Origin: Fidelibacterota bacterium CG1_02_48_14
Lineage (GTDB): Bacteria; Fidelibacterota; UBA8477
Direction of reading: 5' to 3'
NCBI GenBank assembly: GCA_001872685.1
Contig: MNWS01000121.1
Span: forward strand, 1 to 35,278
DNA length: 35,278 nt
The translations under genes and the position numbers were made by a program. Positions 26,521-35,094 of this stretch are shown here, in pieces. The notes beneath the pieces were generated by a model. That model was not told where the DNA came from, made no database searches, and saw only the letters and a list, made by a program, of their open reading frames with translations. How positions within the stretch are numbered: position 1 is the first letter of the stretch; each line of letters opens with the position of its first letter.

Positions 26521-27219
26521 ATGGAAAATATTTATCCCATAATAGCCCTGGCTGTATACTTCTTCCTCACGTCCTTGGCGCGCAGGAAGAAGCAGGAACG
26601 AGCCAGATTGACTCAAAATCAGCCTCAACCTCAGCCTCAACCTCAGCCTCAGCCTCAACCTCAGCCTCAACCTAAACCGAAAGGTGTCCGTGCCTCGTCA
26701 GATGGCCAGATGAACCGAAGAGGGTCTTCCACAGGAATGGATAATCCCCCGAAGGAAGTGGCATCATCCGGAATGGAACAGTATTTCTCGCGTCTGAATG
26801 ACCGCATTCAGAAGGAGAAGCGTGGATCATTATTGGATCACATCATCACATCGTTCGGTGAAGAGGTGGGATTAGCTCCTGAAAGATCCGAGTTTTACGA
26901 GGCTGAGGAGGATCCTGCGTCTGAATTCTCTGCGGCGAGTAAAAATGTTGAAGTGGTGGATCAACCACCAATTGATCTTTCGACTTCTGTTGAAACTACG
27001 ACGATTCAGGAGGCAGAAACTGTATTTGACGAGGAGCTTAGTGAGATGCCCATAGGCGCTTATGCCGTGAGTTCAGGCTCCTATAAACTATTCAAGGGTG
27101 AGCTGACTGCTGCAGAATTCCTCCAACAGGAATTTGATAAGCGCACGATGCTGGAGCAGGGCATTCTCATGGCCGAAATATTGGGAAAACCTGTCGCGCT
27201 TAAACAGATAGAATCCTGA
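26521..27219 (+). CDS. Hypothetical single-pass membrane protein with a (QP)9 linker and an acidic C-terminal region
   Basis: An N-terminal TM helix (IYPIIALAVYFFLTSLA) is followed by RRKKQER, then QNQPQPQPQPQPQPQPQPQPQPKPK, and finally an acidic/Ser-rich region. It is third in the nfeD-floA string, starts 12 nt after the floA stop, and is followed by a terminator. Confidence 0.6.
   Translation: MENIYPIIALAVYFFLTSLARRKKQERARLTQNQPQPQPQPQPQPQPQPQPKPKGVRASSDGQMNRRGSSTGMDNPPKEVASSGMEQYFSRLNDRIQKEKRGSLLDHIITSFGEEVGLAPERSEFYEAEEDPASEFSAASKNVEVVDQPPIDLSTSVETTTIQEAETVFDEELSEMPIGAYAVSSGSYKLFKGELTAAEFLQQEFDKRTMLEQGILMAEILGKPVALKQIES
26620..26673 (+). repeat. Perfect-phase tandem repeat (CAR-CCT)x9 encoding (Gln-Pro)9
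   Basis: cag cct caa cct cag cct caa cct cag cct cag cct caa cct cag cct caa cct, read directly. The 12-nt unit cagcctcaacct occurs four times plus one 6-nt unit. Confidence 0.95.
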
Positions 27220-27244
27220 GTTTACCAGAAAATATAATGAGATT

Positions 27245-27280
27245 GAAGAGCTCCGTTTCCGGGGCTCTTCTGTTTTTTTT
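27245..27280 (+). terminator. Rho-independent terminator after the nfeD-floA-QP string
   Basis: 10-bp stem GAAGAGCTCC / GGGGCTCTTC (one G-U pair), a 6-nt loop, then TG plus a run of 8 T (27273-27280). Confidence 0.7.
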
Positions 27281-27335
27281 AAGTCCTTCTCTGGCAGAAA
27301 ATGAACTGAAGTTAATATCTCTGTCAATTTAGCGG

Positions 27336-27364
27336 TTGTTGAAAAAATCAGTGACCGCTATAAT
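27336..27364 (+). promoter_or_regulatory. Candidate promoter for ada with a perfect -10 only 5 nt from the start codon
   Basis: TTGTTG (27336-27341), 17-nt spacer, TATAAT (27359-27364), then CCGCC, then ATG (27370). There is no Shine-Dalgarno element in between. Confidence 0.35.
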
Positions 27365-27369
27365 CCGCC

Positions 27370-28413
27370 ATGAATTTCAATGAAGAGACCATGTACCAGG
27401 CATTCTTACAGGGTGATTCAAGCATGGATGGTGCTTTTTTTGTCGCGGTAAAAACCACTGGGATATTTTGTCGCCCAACGTGTAAGGCACGCAAGCCACT
27501 CCGGAAGAATATCGAGTTTTACGAATCTGCCCACTTGGCCATGATACATGGTTTCAGACCGTGTAAGGTCTGCGTTCCGCTTGCACCACAACCATCAACA
27601 CCCGACGGTATATCGCATTTAATCAGAGCGATTAGTTCTAATCCTGAAGTTAAAATCACCGATCAGATACTTCGGGAGAAAAAATTGGAACCGAATCGCG
27701 TGCGGCGGTGGTTCAAACAGCACCACGGCATAACATTTCACGCTTATCAAAGGATGGTGCGTATCAATACGGCATTCAAAAAAATCAAAAGTGGTGAATC
27801 CGTAACTCAAACCGCTTTTGATGCAGGATATGAATCACTGAGCGGTTTTAATGATTCTTTCAAAGCCATTTTTGGCGTGGCTCCTTCGAATAGTAAACAC
27901 AAAAATATCATTGATTTAACCAGGATTGAGACACCCCTTGGTATCATGATCGCTGGTGCCTCCACCGATGGTATTTGTCTACTTGAGTTTTCGGATCGTC
28001 GCATGTTGGAGACGGAATTCAGAATTTTAGGAACCCGGCTAAATGCGACCTTGCTGCAGGGTGAGAATGATCATTTTGCCACACTTAGAATACAGTTACA
28101 AGAATACTTCGCCGGTAAGCGAAAGGAATTTTCCGTGCCGCTGGTCTTGGTGGGATCGCCCTTTCAGGAAAAAGTCTGGAGGGCTTTACTTGCAATTCCC
28201 TTTGGTGAAACCCGTTCGTATCAGGCACAGGCAAATGCTATTCAAAATCCAACAGCCGTGCGGGCGGTTGCGAATGCTAATGGCATGAATAAAATATCAA
28301 TCATCGTACCTTGCCATCGCGTGATCGGAAGTAACGGAAAATTAATAGGCTACGGTGGGGGATTATGGCGCAAGGAATGGCTGCTTGCCCATGAAGGAAA
28401 ATTCAGCGGTTAA
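27370..28413 (+). CDS. ada: Bifunctional Ada: methylphosphotriester-DNA methyltransferase / AraC-type regulator / O6-methylguanine-DNA methyltransferase
   Basis: N-terminal FFVAVKTTGIFCRPTCKARKP...RPCKVC (four-Cys Ada zinc domain), a central AraC-type HTH, and a C-terminal IVPCHRVIG active-site motif. 347 aa. Confidence 0.85.
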   Translation: MNFNEETMYQAFLQGDSSMDGAFFVAVKTTGIFCRPTCKARKPLRKNIEFYESAHLAMIHGFRPCKVCVPLAPQPSTPDGISHLIRAISSNPEVKITDQILREKKLEPNRVRRWFKQHHGITFHAYQRMVRINTAFKKIKSGESVTQTAFDAGYESLSGFNDSFKAIFGVAPSNSKHKNIIDLTRIETPLGIMIAGASTDGICLLEFSDRRMLETEFRILGTRLNATLLQGENDHFATLRIQLQEYFAGKRKEFSVPLVLVGSPFQEKVWRALLAIPFGETRSYQAQANAIQNPTAVRAVANANGMNKISIIVPCHRVIGSNGKLIGYGGGLWRKEWLLAHEGKFSG

Positions 28414-28557
28414 TGCTCGATATTGAATTTTAATCACCACCAACGATTAACGCGGATTGCCGCCAATATCAAATATTCATTCAGAAATCTGTTGGTCATT
28501 TCAAAATAGTGAATAGACTCTGTCTGTTGATAAATTTTCTACTCTAAAGGACGAACC

Positions 28558-29088
28558 ATGAAAATATTTCCATTATTATTGTTGATTCCCATTATGATTT
28601 GGGCACAGGACCTACCGTTGAATCAAATGGAAAAATTTATCTCTGAGAAGGGACCCATTGTTCATTTTGAGAACTACTATCTTCAGGGACTTCAAGCAGC
28701 GAACGGAAAATTTATCTTTGCCAAAGTTCGAAAAGTGTCCGCCGGTGGTGAAACGCGCTTTTTCCTGATTCTGTCAGCCAATGATAAAACCTCATCCAAT
28801 AGCGCAGTAATTTCCGAAACGGAGCTGACCCAGTTGTTGGATAACTTGTTGATTCTGCAAGCGGCAGTAAAAACTGGCGATAACCATGCTGATTACCGTG
28901 AATCAAAATTTATCACTCAGGATTGGTTTCAGATGGGCTGTGCTTATAATGCCCATGACCACAAGACGATTTGGTCAATTACACTAGAGCGACAGGGTGA
29001 CGGCTCATTTTTCTTTTATAACCCGGGCGATATTGAGCTCAATCTCAGAGCAGCACTAAAAATGATCCAACAACTAAGCGGAAAATGA
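28558..29088 (+). CDS. Hypothetical secreted protein (176 aa)
   Basis: Signal peptide MKIFPLLLLIPIMIWAQ. AAAGGA lies about 6 nt upstream of the ATG, and a strong terminator follows. No family recognised. Confidence 0.55.
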   Translation: MKIFPLLLLIPIMIWAQDLPLNQMEKFISEKGPIVHFENYYLQGLQAANGKFIFAKVRKVSAGGETRFFLILSANDKTSSNSAVISETELTQLLDNLLILQAAVKTGDNHADYRESKFITQDWFQMGCAYNAHDHKTIWSITLERQGDGSFFFYNPGDIELNLRAALKMIQQLSGK

Positions 29089-29117
29089 GTGTCATCAGAG
29101 TCGCCATAAAAGGTTTG

Positions 29118-29155
29118 AAAAAAAAGGCTCCCGATAAATTTGGGAGCCTTTTTTT
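29118..29155. terminator. Bidirectional rho-independent terminator
   Basis: A run of 8 A (29118-29125), GGCTCCC (29126-29132), a 9-nt loop, GGGAGCC (29142-29148), then a run of 7 T (29149-29155). It therefore reads as stem plus U-tract on both strands and sits between convergent genes. Confidence 0.8.
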
Positions 29156-29181
29156 GCAAGTCTGGGAATTATAAGCCGGGT

Positions 29182-30432
29182 TTATTCGTTTTTTGGAGCC
29201 GATTCATCCTCATCTGAGGCATCAACACCCGGCGAATCACTTTCATCTTCTGTATCATCACTGTCCGGGGAGTCTTCAGAAGTTTCGTCTTCGTCAGCTT
29301 CTTTTTCCTCTTCTTCTTTGCGTTCGTCTTCGTCCTTACGCTCAATCAGGTCGTCATCATCTTTGAATTTTGTCAGGACAATGAAGATCGTCGCAAATCC
29401 GCTCGCCAGTGTTGAGAGGGCATAGGAGGGCACCAAGAGCATTGCGATGAAACTGAAAATTCCAACAATTACACCGGTTATCGTGGTTGTAATGCCGCCT
29501 GTTACAGTGTGCATATCTCCAACCAGTAACTGTTGCAGACATACCATCCAATCACCATAGGCACAATTGGGATAACAGACCAGATGGTTGAACCCGAGGT
29601 TGGGAAAGAGTCCCAATACGGTTGCCTTAACGGCATAAAATGTATCACCCATCAGCCAGGATTGTCCGAAGACAAACTCCAGAAATTGGAAGCCGAGTAC
29701 GAGAAACAACATGAGTATGTGAAAACTGATGAAGGTGAGTACCAGTAGCAGCGATGAGTACAGAATCAGACGCCAGGGCTGGTTCCACAGCAATGTAAAT
29801 GAACCAAACATAGAGCCCATGGTGTCCTCTTCTGCACAGGCAACGATGCTCGGAGAGTACAGCAACCCGACACTAAAGGAGAATAGTGAGTAAACCAGAA
29901 ATACTGCGGTAGGTAAAAATAGAATGAATAGCAGTCCATAGATTAAAATATCCAGGACCGGCCAATGAGCCAACCATCCGAACACACCAGCCAGGATCAC
30001 AAAAAAGACAATAACCAAGAGAATGGAAACCGGTCCCATGAAAATCGGGAATGACTTTTTCAGGGAATATTTCCAACCATCATTCGATGAATAGAACAGA
30101 TCACCTTTGAATTCCTTGATCGTAATTTTGGCAATTGCGCCGAAGCCGGTATAAATAAACATGAACCACACCAGACTGGCCAGGTATCCCAGTATTTTTG
30201 TAGAAATGCCTAAAGTCCAGAAAGGAACGAACGGCAGCAGGGCATTTTCCCCCCAAATCTGGTCAAAATTCAAACCATCCATCATTTGGCCGAGATAGAT
30301 CAACACGAGAAAGATGAGATAACCAATCAGGTTTGCTTCAAGCATCACCAACATTCGTTTCCCAAGTCCCAGCCTTGGTGCCCGAAAAACATCTTTAAAA
30401 TTCCAGTGTAAAGCAGTTTTAAGCAAAATCAA
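29182..30432 (-). CDS. Hypothetical polytopic membrane protein with a poly-acidic C-terminal tail
   Basis: About 9-10 hydrophobic helices. By hand count, 33 of the last 62 residues are D/E (..KDDDDLIERKDEDERKEEEEKEADEDETSEDSPDSDDTEDESDSPGVDASDEDE..). AAGGAGGG abuts the TTG at 30432, so the in-frame TTG at 30426 (7-nt spacing) is the more likely start. No family recognised. Confidence 0.6.
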   Translation of the reverse strand: MILLKTALHWNFKDVFRAPRLGLGKRMLVMLEANLIGYLIFLVLIYLGQMMDGLNFDQIWGENALLPFVPFWTLGISTKILGYLASLVWFMFIYTGFGAIAKITIKEFKGDLFYSSNDGWKYSLKKSFPIFMGPVSILLVIVFFVILAGVFGWLAHWPVLDILIYGLLFILFLPTAVFLVYSLFSFSVGLLYSPSIVACAEEDTMGSMFGSFTLLWNQPWRLILYSSLLLVLTFISFHILMLFLVLGFQFLEFVFGQSWLMGDTFYAVKATVLGLFPNLGFNHLVCYPNCAYGDWMVCLQQLLVGDMHTVTGGITTTITGVIVGIFSFIAMLLVPSYALSTLASGFATIFIVLTKFKDDDDLIERKDEDERKEEEEKEADEDETSEDSPDSDDTEDESDSPGVDASDEDESAPKNE

Positions 30433-30581
30433 CCCTCCTTAAAGAGTATTATCAATCCCGTTTGCAGTGCTTGGCTTATCTAAGTCGACGTTCATTTCAC
30501 CAAGTCATTATAAAAGGTAACTCATGAGTTTAAAATGACAGGATACGGTTTGAAATAAAGGCTCGCCAACCCTTGTCAACA

Positions 30582-31454
30582 TTACATCTCTTGGCGCACA
30601 AAATCGACCCAGACCGGAATATTGGTCGATTTTTTAAGGTCGGTCGCCGCTTTTTGTGCCTGGTTGTATGTTTTATAATTACCCACTCTCACCCGATAAA
30701 ATACTTGATCAGAATCTTTGAAGAACACTCGCTGGACATACGCTTCCAATCCAAAGGTCTTGCGCAATTCTTTAATTGCCACCTGGGCTTCCTCAAGTGA
30801 TTCCCAGGAAGAAATTTGAATTGTAAAACTCTTGTTGGCTCTTGGAACCATGTTGCCACGGTTTTTGGTTGTGGCTTTCGGTCTTTTGGCAACGACTTTT
30901 TGACCTGAAGGTCCCGTCTTCGCCGGTACTGCGGTAGCCCTTGTCACAACCTTTTCTGTGGAGGATGAGGCGGTGGTCGGTTTTTCGATTTTGTCGAGAT
31001 AACTTCTGCGATTTTGATCTTGTGGGTCACCCGAATTCGCCTGATCAAGCGTATCTAAATGATCTTTCGTCTCGAGATAAGTCTTGAGGTGCTCAGGGAT
31101 GTCCCCCATCGCTAATTCGCCTGTTTCGGCCAGTGCTACTTTGTAGAAATAATTTTTCGTTTTGGCCTTGCCGTTAACCGTCGCGGTCAATTGAATGTCA
31201 TATTTGCCGGCGACATCTGGTTTGAAGGAGATCGTGCGGGACGTATCTGAAGGCAATATATCAATCGGTGTGAGCTGACTGCTGTCAGGGAAAGCGGTGA
31301 ATGTCCATTGGACGTGATCCGATCCATTGTATTCGATTGTGATATAATCACCCAGTGCAAGACTGTCACGTCCCAGGTATTTATTCCAGAGATCACACCC
31401 ACTTAGCACCATGATCGTCACAGCACCTAGTACAAGAATTTTTACTCTGGACAT
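30582..31454 (-). CDS. SPOR domain-containing lipoprotein
   Basis: Lipobox-type signal (..VLSGC). The N-terminal region looks beta-sandwich-like (..YDIQLTATVNGKAKTKNYFYKV..), followed by a low-complexity linker. The C-terminal FTIQISSWESLEEAQVAIKELR...YRVRVGNYKTYNQAQKAATDLK matches the SPOR pattern. Confidence 0.75.
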   Translation of the reverse strand: MSRVKILVLGAVTIMVLSGCDLWNKYLGRDSLALGDYITIEYNGSDHVQWTFTAFPDSSQLTPIDILPSDTSRTISFKPDVAGKYDIQLTATVNGKAKTKNYFYKVALAETGELAMGDIPEHLKTYLETKDHLDTLDQANSGDPQDQNRRSYLDKIEKPTTASSSTEKVVTRATAVPAKTGPSGQKVVAKRPKATTKNRGNMVPRANKSFTIQISSWESLEEAQVAIKELRKTFGLEAYVQRVFFKDSDQVFYRVRVGNYKTYNQAQKAATDLKKSTNIPVWVDFVRQEM

Positions 31455-31485
31455 TCACAGCCTCCCAACTGATTTCATCTGAATT

Positions 31486-31911
31486 TTATCGGTTTAAAAT
31501 AAGTTCAGCTTCACTAAAGAAAAATGCAATTTCTTTCTGCGCATTCTCGTCAGAGTCCGAGCCGTGAACGGCGTTACGACCTTTATTCTCTGCATATTTC
31601 GCCCGTATCGTCCCGGATTTGGCTTCAGCGGGATCGGTGGCACCAATGGTGTCTCTCCAGGATTGAACCGCATCAGTTTTCTCCAGTGCCAGCAAAATAC
31701 TGGGACCCGAGGACATAAAATCAACCAATTCACAAAAGAATCCACGCTCACTATGAACGGCGTAAAACGCCTTGGCCTCAGTCAAAGACATTCGTTTCAT
31801 CTTGGCTCCGAGTATTGTAAACCCGGCTGCGATAATGTCATTAATAATCAACCCCCATTTACCGCTTTCCACAGCATCGGGCTTGATCATTGCAAAAGTA
31901 TATTTTCCCAC
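31486..31911 (-). CDS. ndk: Nucleoside diphosphate kinase
   Basis: FAMIKPDAV, ..NAVHGSDS.. motifs. The tracked ORF starts at TTG 31971, which adds 20 non-Ndk-like residues. GTG at 31911 has GGAG 8 nt upstream and gives a 141-aa protein starting (M)GKYTFAMIKPDAV, the usual Ndk length and N-terminus. Confidence 0.9.
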   Translation of the reverse strand: MGKYTFAMIKPDAVESGKWGLIINDIIAAGFTILGAKMKRMSLTEAKAFYAVHSERGFFCELVDFMSSGPSILLALEKTDAVQSWRDTIGATDPAEAKSGTIRAKYAENKGRNAVHGSDSDENAQKEIAFFFSEAELILNR

Positions 31912-32007
31912 TATGGTGTCTCCGTAATCTATTTTTTTAAGTTTGTTAATCCTGAGTTGAAGCACAAACAATTATCTTGTTCACGTCATCATCAACCACG
32001 AGTCTCC

Positions 32008-32883
32008 CTAATTCTTGAGCGCTTTTTCAATCAGTTCACCGATGGTAGCGGGACTATCTGAAACGATAATACCGGCATCACGCAGGGCTTTGATTTTATC
32101 TGCGGCGGTACCTTTCCCACCTGAGATAATTGCACCAGCATGACCCATGCGGCGTCCCGGAGGTGCCGTTTGGCCGGCAATAAAGGAGACAATCGGCTTT
32201 TTAAAATTAGCTTGTGCCCAGGCAGCCGCCTCCTCTTCAGCGTTACCACCAATCTCGCCAATCAAGACCACGGCATCCGTGTCCGGATCATCCTTGAAGA
32301 GCTTTAGCAAATCAATGAAGTTCGTCCCATTCACCGGGTCGCCGCCAATACCGATACATGTGGATTGCCCGATGCCACGTGTTGTCAACTGATGAACCGC
32401 TTCGTAGGTAAGCGTTCCTGAACGACTGATCACGCCAACATTGCCAGCCTGATGAATAAATCCGGGCATAATACCAATTTTGGCCATACCCGGGGAAATA
32501 ACACCCGGGCAGTTTGGGCCGATCAGACGGGTTTTGCGACCACGCATATAAGTTTTAACCATGACCATATCCTTGACCGGAATTCCCTCGGTTATGCAAA
32601 TAACCAGATCCAAATCTGCATCCACAGCCTCCATAATGGCGTCGGCGGCAAATGGGGGTGGTACAAAAATGACGGAAGTATTCGCATTCGTTCCGGCTTT
32701 TGCATCTGCGACGGTATTAAAAATCGGAATGCCCGCTTCAGTTTTTTGCCCGCCTTTACCCGGCGTCACACCTGCAACGACCTGGGTACCATATTCCACC
32801 ATCTGCTGAGTGTGGAAAGATCCCTCACCTCCGGTGATTCCCTGAACAATCAATCGTGTATGATTATCAACTAAAATACTCAT
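32008..32883 (-). CDS. sucD: Succinyl-CoA synthetase alpha subunit
   Basis: [16 protein letters not shown] and MGHAGAII (phosphohistidine loop) motifs; 291 aa. Confidence 0.95.
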   Translation of the reverse strand: MSILVDNHTRLIVQGITGGEGSFHTQQMVEYGTQVVAGVTPGKGGQKTEAGIPIFNTVADAKAGTNANTSVIFVPPPFAADAIMEAVDADLDLVICITEGIPVKDMVMVKTYMRGRKTRLIGPNCPGVISPGMAKIGIMPGFIHQAGNVGVISRSGTLTYEAVHQLTTRGIGQSTCIGIGGDPVNGTNFIDLLKLFKDDPDTDAVVLIGEIGGNAEEEAAAWAQANFKKPIVSFIAGQTAPPGRRMGHAGAIISGGKGTAADKIKALRDAGIIVSDSPATIGELIEKALKN

Positions 32884-32889
32884 TTCCGT

Positions 32890-34053
32890 TTACTCCTTAA
32901 TCGCCGCGGTGACTTTTTTTGCCGCATCTTCAAGACTGGTCGCGACCAGAAAATCCAGACCGGAGTTTTCGAGCAATTCTGCCGCTTCCTTTGCATTCGT
33001 GCCTTCTAGCCGGACAACCAGAGGTGCATCTACCAGCACCAACTTGAGTGCATCAATCACCCCCTGAGCCACACGATCACAGCGGACAATTCCACCAAAA
33101 ATATTGATCAAAACCGCTTTCACATTGGGATCATTCATGATAATCCGAAACCCATTTGCCACGGTTTCCGCATTTGCAACGCCTCCGACATCCAGGAAAT
33201 TAGCAGGTTCACCACCGTGCAATTTGATGATGTCCATTGTACCCATCGCCAGTCCCGCACCATTCACCATACAACCCACATTGCCATCAAGCTTGATGTA
33301 ATTCAGGTTATATTTGGAGGCTTCAATCTCAGAGGGTTCTTCTTCGGACAGGTCTCTCAGCTCCATGATTTCTTTGTGCCGGAATAACGCATTATCATCG
33401 AAATTCATTTTTGCGTCTAATGCAATCACGTCACCGGCGCCCGTGACGACCAGGGGATTGATCTCGGTCAATGTTGAATCTGATGCGGTGAATGCGTTAT
33501 ACAGGGCGATGAAAAACTTGACCGCACTGCGAACCTGATTGCCTTCAAGCCCCAGAGCATACGCCATTTTTCGGGCTTGAAAAGGCTGTAAACCGATGCC
33601 TGGTTCAACCCATTCTTTAATGATTTTCTCAGGTGTTTCCGCGGCGACTTTCTCAATCTCCATACCACCTTCAGTGGAAATCATGAAGACGTCTTTGCCT
33701 AACTGCCGATCGAGAACGATGCCGACATAAAGTTCGCGCTTAATATCAACGCCCTCTTCCACCAAAAGTCGCTGAACCAGTTTACCCTCTGGTCCGGTCT
33801 GATGGGTTACCAACGTCATCCCCAAAATTTGATCGGCAATGGTTTTAACTTCCTCAAGCGATTTTGCGAGTTTGACACCACCGCCCTTGCCCCGTCCACC
33901 TGCGTGAATTTGTGCTTTCACGACATAAACATTCGAGGCGAGTGTCTTGGCGACCGCCACCGCTTCATCCGCCGTAAATGCGACATGGCCATTAGGAACC
34001 GGAACATTGTATTTCCGGAATATCTCCTTAGCCTGGTATTCATGAATTTTCAT
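32890..34053 (-). CDS. sucC: Succinyl-CoA synthetase beta subunit
   Basis: [12 protein letters not shown].. start, an ATP-grasp region, 387 aa, and its stop lies 6 nt upstream of the sucD start. Confidence 0.95.
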   Translation of the reverse strand: MKIHEYQAKEIFRKYNVPVPNGHVAFTADEAVAVAKTLASNVYVVKAQIHAGGRGKGGGVKLAKSLEEVKTIADQILGMTLVTHQTGPEGKLVQRLLVEEGVDIKRELYVGIVLDRQLGKDVFMISTEGGMEIEKVAAETPEKIIKEWVEPGIGLQPFQARKMAYALGLEGNQVRSAVKFFIALYNAFTASDSTLTEINPLVVTGAGDVIALDAKMNFDDNALFRHKEIMELRDLSEEEPSEIEASKYNLNYIKLDGNVGCMVNGAGLAMGTMDIIKLHGGEPANFLDVGGVANAETVANGFRIIMNDPNVKAVLINIFGGIVRCDRVAQGVIDALKLVLVDAPLVVRLEGTNAKEAAELLENSGLDFLVATSLEDAAKKVTAAIKE

Positions 34054-34152
34054 GATTTCCCCTTACTGTGTTTAACATAATAACTGAATTGAAATAAAGT
34101 TTGAGACACCTTGTTTTCGAGAACAATGACAGATTTCCTGCAACTTGTAAAA

Positions 34153-35094
34153 TCAGGCACTGGTGATTACGGTTCCCAGATTCTCAGAAAATTGTTCACT
34201 CAGGGTCTCGATGTCCGTAATAATAACGCGCTGTCCGCCATTTTTTAAAAACTGAATCGCCGCCTGGATTTTTGGTCCCATACTCCCGCCGGGAAATTGA
34301 CCTGCTGCCAGATAGTCTTCAGCCTCCGCAATGGTCATCTGATCCAACGAAATCTCGTCTGGCTTGCCGAAATTCAGCGCGACTTTCGGAACTGCGGTCA
34401 GAATGAACAGCGTTTCAGCGCCGATCTGATTAGCCATTAATGCAGAAGCTCGATCCTTATCAATGACGGCATCCATCCCTTCCAAATTCCCCTGATCGTC
34501 AAAATAAACCGGAACTCCACCACCTCCGGCCGCAATCACAATGTGCCCATGCTCCACCAGGTTTTTGATGGCTTCACTGTTGACAATGTCAATTGGTTCG
34601 GGTGATGGTACGACACGACGCCATTGGTCATTTCCATAAGGTTTGATCTGCCAGCCGAACCGTGCAGCACGGCTGTGAGCTTCTGCTTCATGCAATACAG
34701 GACCGATAAATTTGCTTGGATCTGAAATCGACGGATCGTCTTTTGAAACAACGACCTGGGTCACCAGCGTTACCACCGAGCGTTTAATGCCTTCAGATTT
34801 GAGACGATTCTGAAGACTCTGCTCTATCATATAGCCCATGCCGCCTTCGGTATCTGCAACGCAGATCCCGAGAGGGAGGTACATGAGTTTATCTGCAGTC
34901 ATTTCGGTGCGAAGCAGAGCGCTGCCAACCTGGGGGCCATTGCCGTGGGAAATCACGGGTAAGATGCCATTTTTCAACAACTGAATAATGGCATTCAAAC
35001 TCTTTCTAACCTGTGCAAATTGTTTGGAAATATTGTCAATTTCACCCACCGGTGAGATGGCATTTCCACCCAGCGCGACCACCGCTGTTTTCAA
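34153..35094 (-). CDS. arcC: Carbamate kinase
   Basis: VVALGGNAI N-terminus, ..SHGNGPQVG.. and ..AAGGGGVPV.. motifs of the amino-acid-kinase-fold carbamate kinases; 313 aa. TTG start with GGAG 7 nt upstream. Confidence 0.85.
   Translation of the reverse strand: MKTAVVALGGNAISPVGEIDNISKQFAQVRKSLNAIIQLLKNGILPVISHGNGPQVGSALLRTEMTADKLMYLPLGICVADTEGGMGYMIEQSLQNRLKSEGIKRSVVTLVTQVVVSKDDPSISDPSKFIGPVLHEAEAHSRAARFGWQIKPYGNDQWRRVVPSPEPIDIVNSEAIKNLVEHGHIVIAAGGGGVPVYFDDQGNLEGMDAVIDKDRASALMANQIGAETLFILTAVPKVALNFGKPDEISLDQMTIAEAEDYLAAGQFPGGSMGPKIQAAIQFLKNGGQRVIITDIETLSEQFSENLGTVITSA

Noticed and set aside
26068-26670. 200-aa minus-strand ORF beginning MRLRLRLRLRLRLRLRL
   Set aside because: The (RL)n stretch is just the reverse-complement reading of the (QP)9 repeat. 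The rest is antisense to the well-supported floA gene.
31564-32061. 165-aa plus-strand ORF
   Set aside because: It is antisense to ndk, spans the ndk-sucD spacer, and has no recognisable motif or ribosome-binding site.
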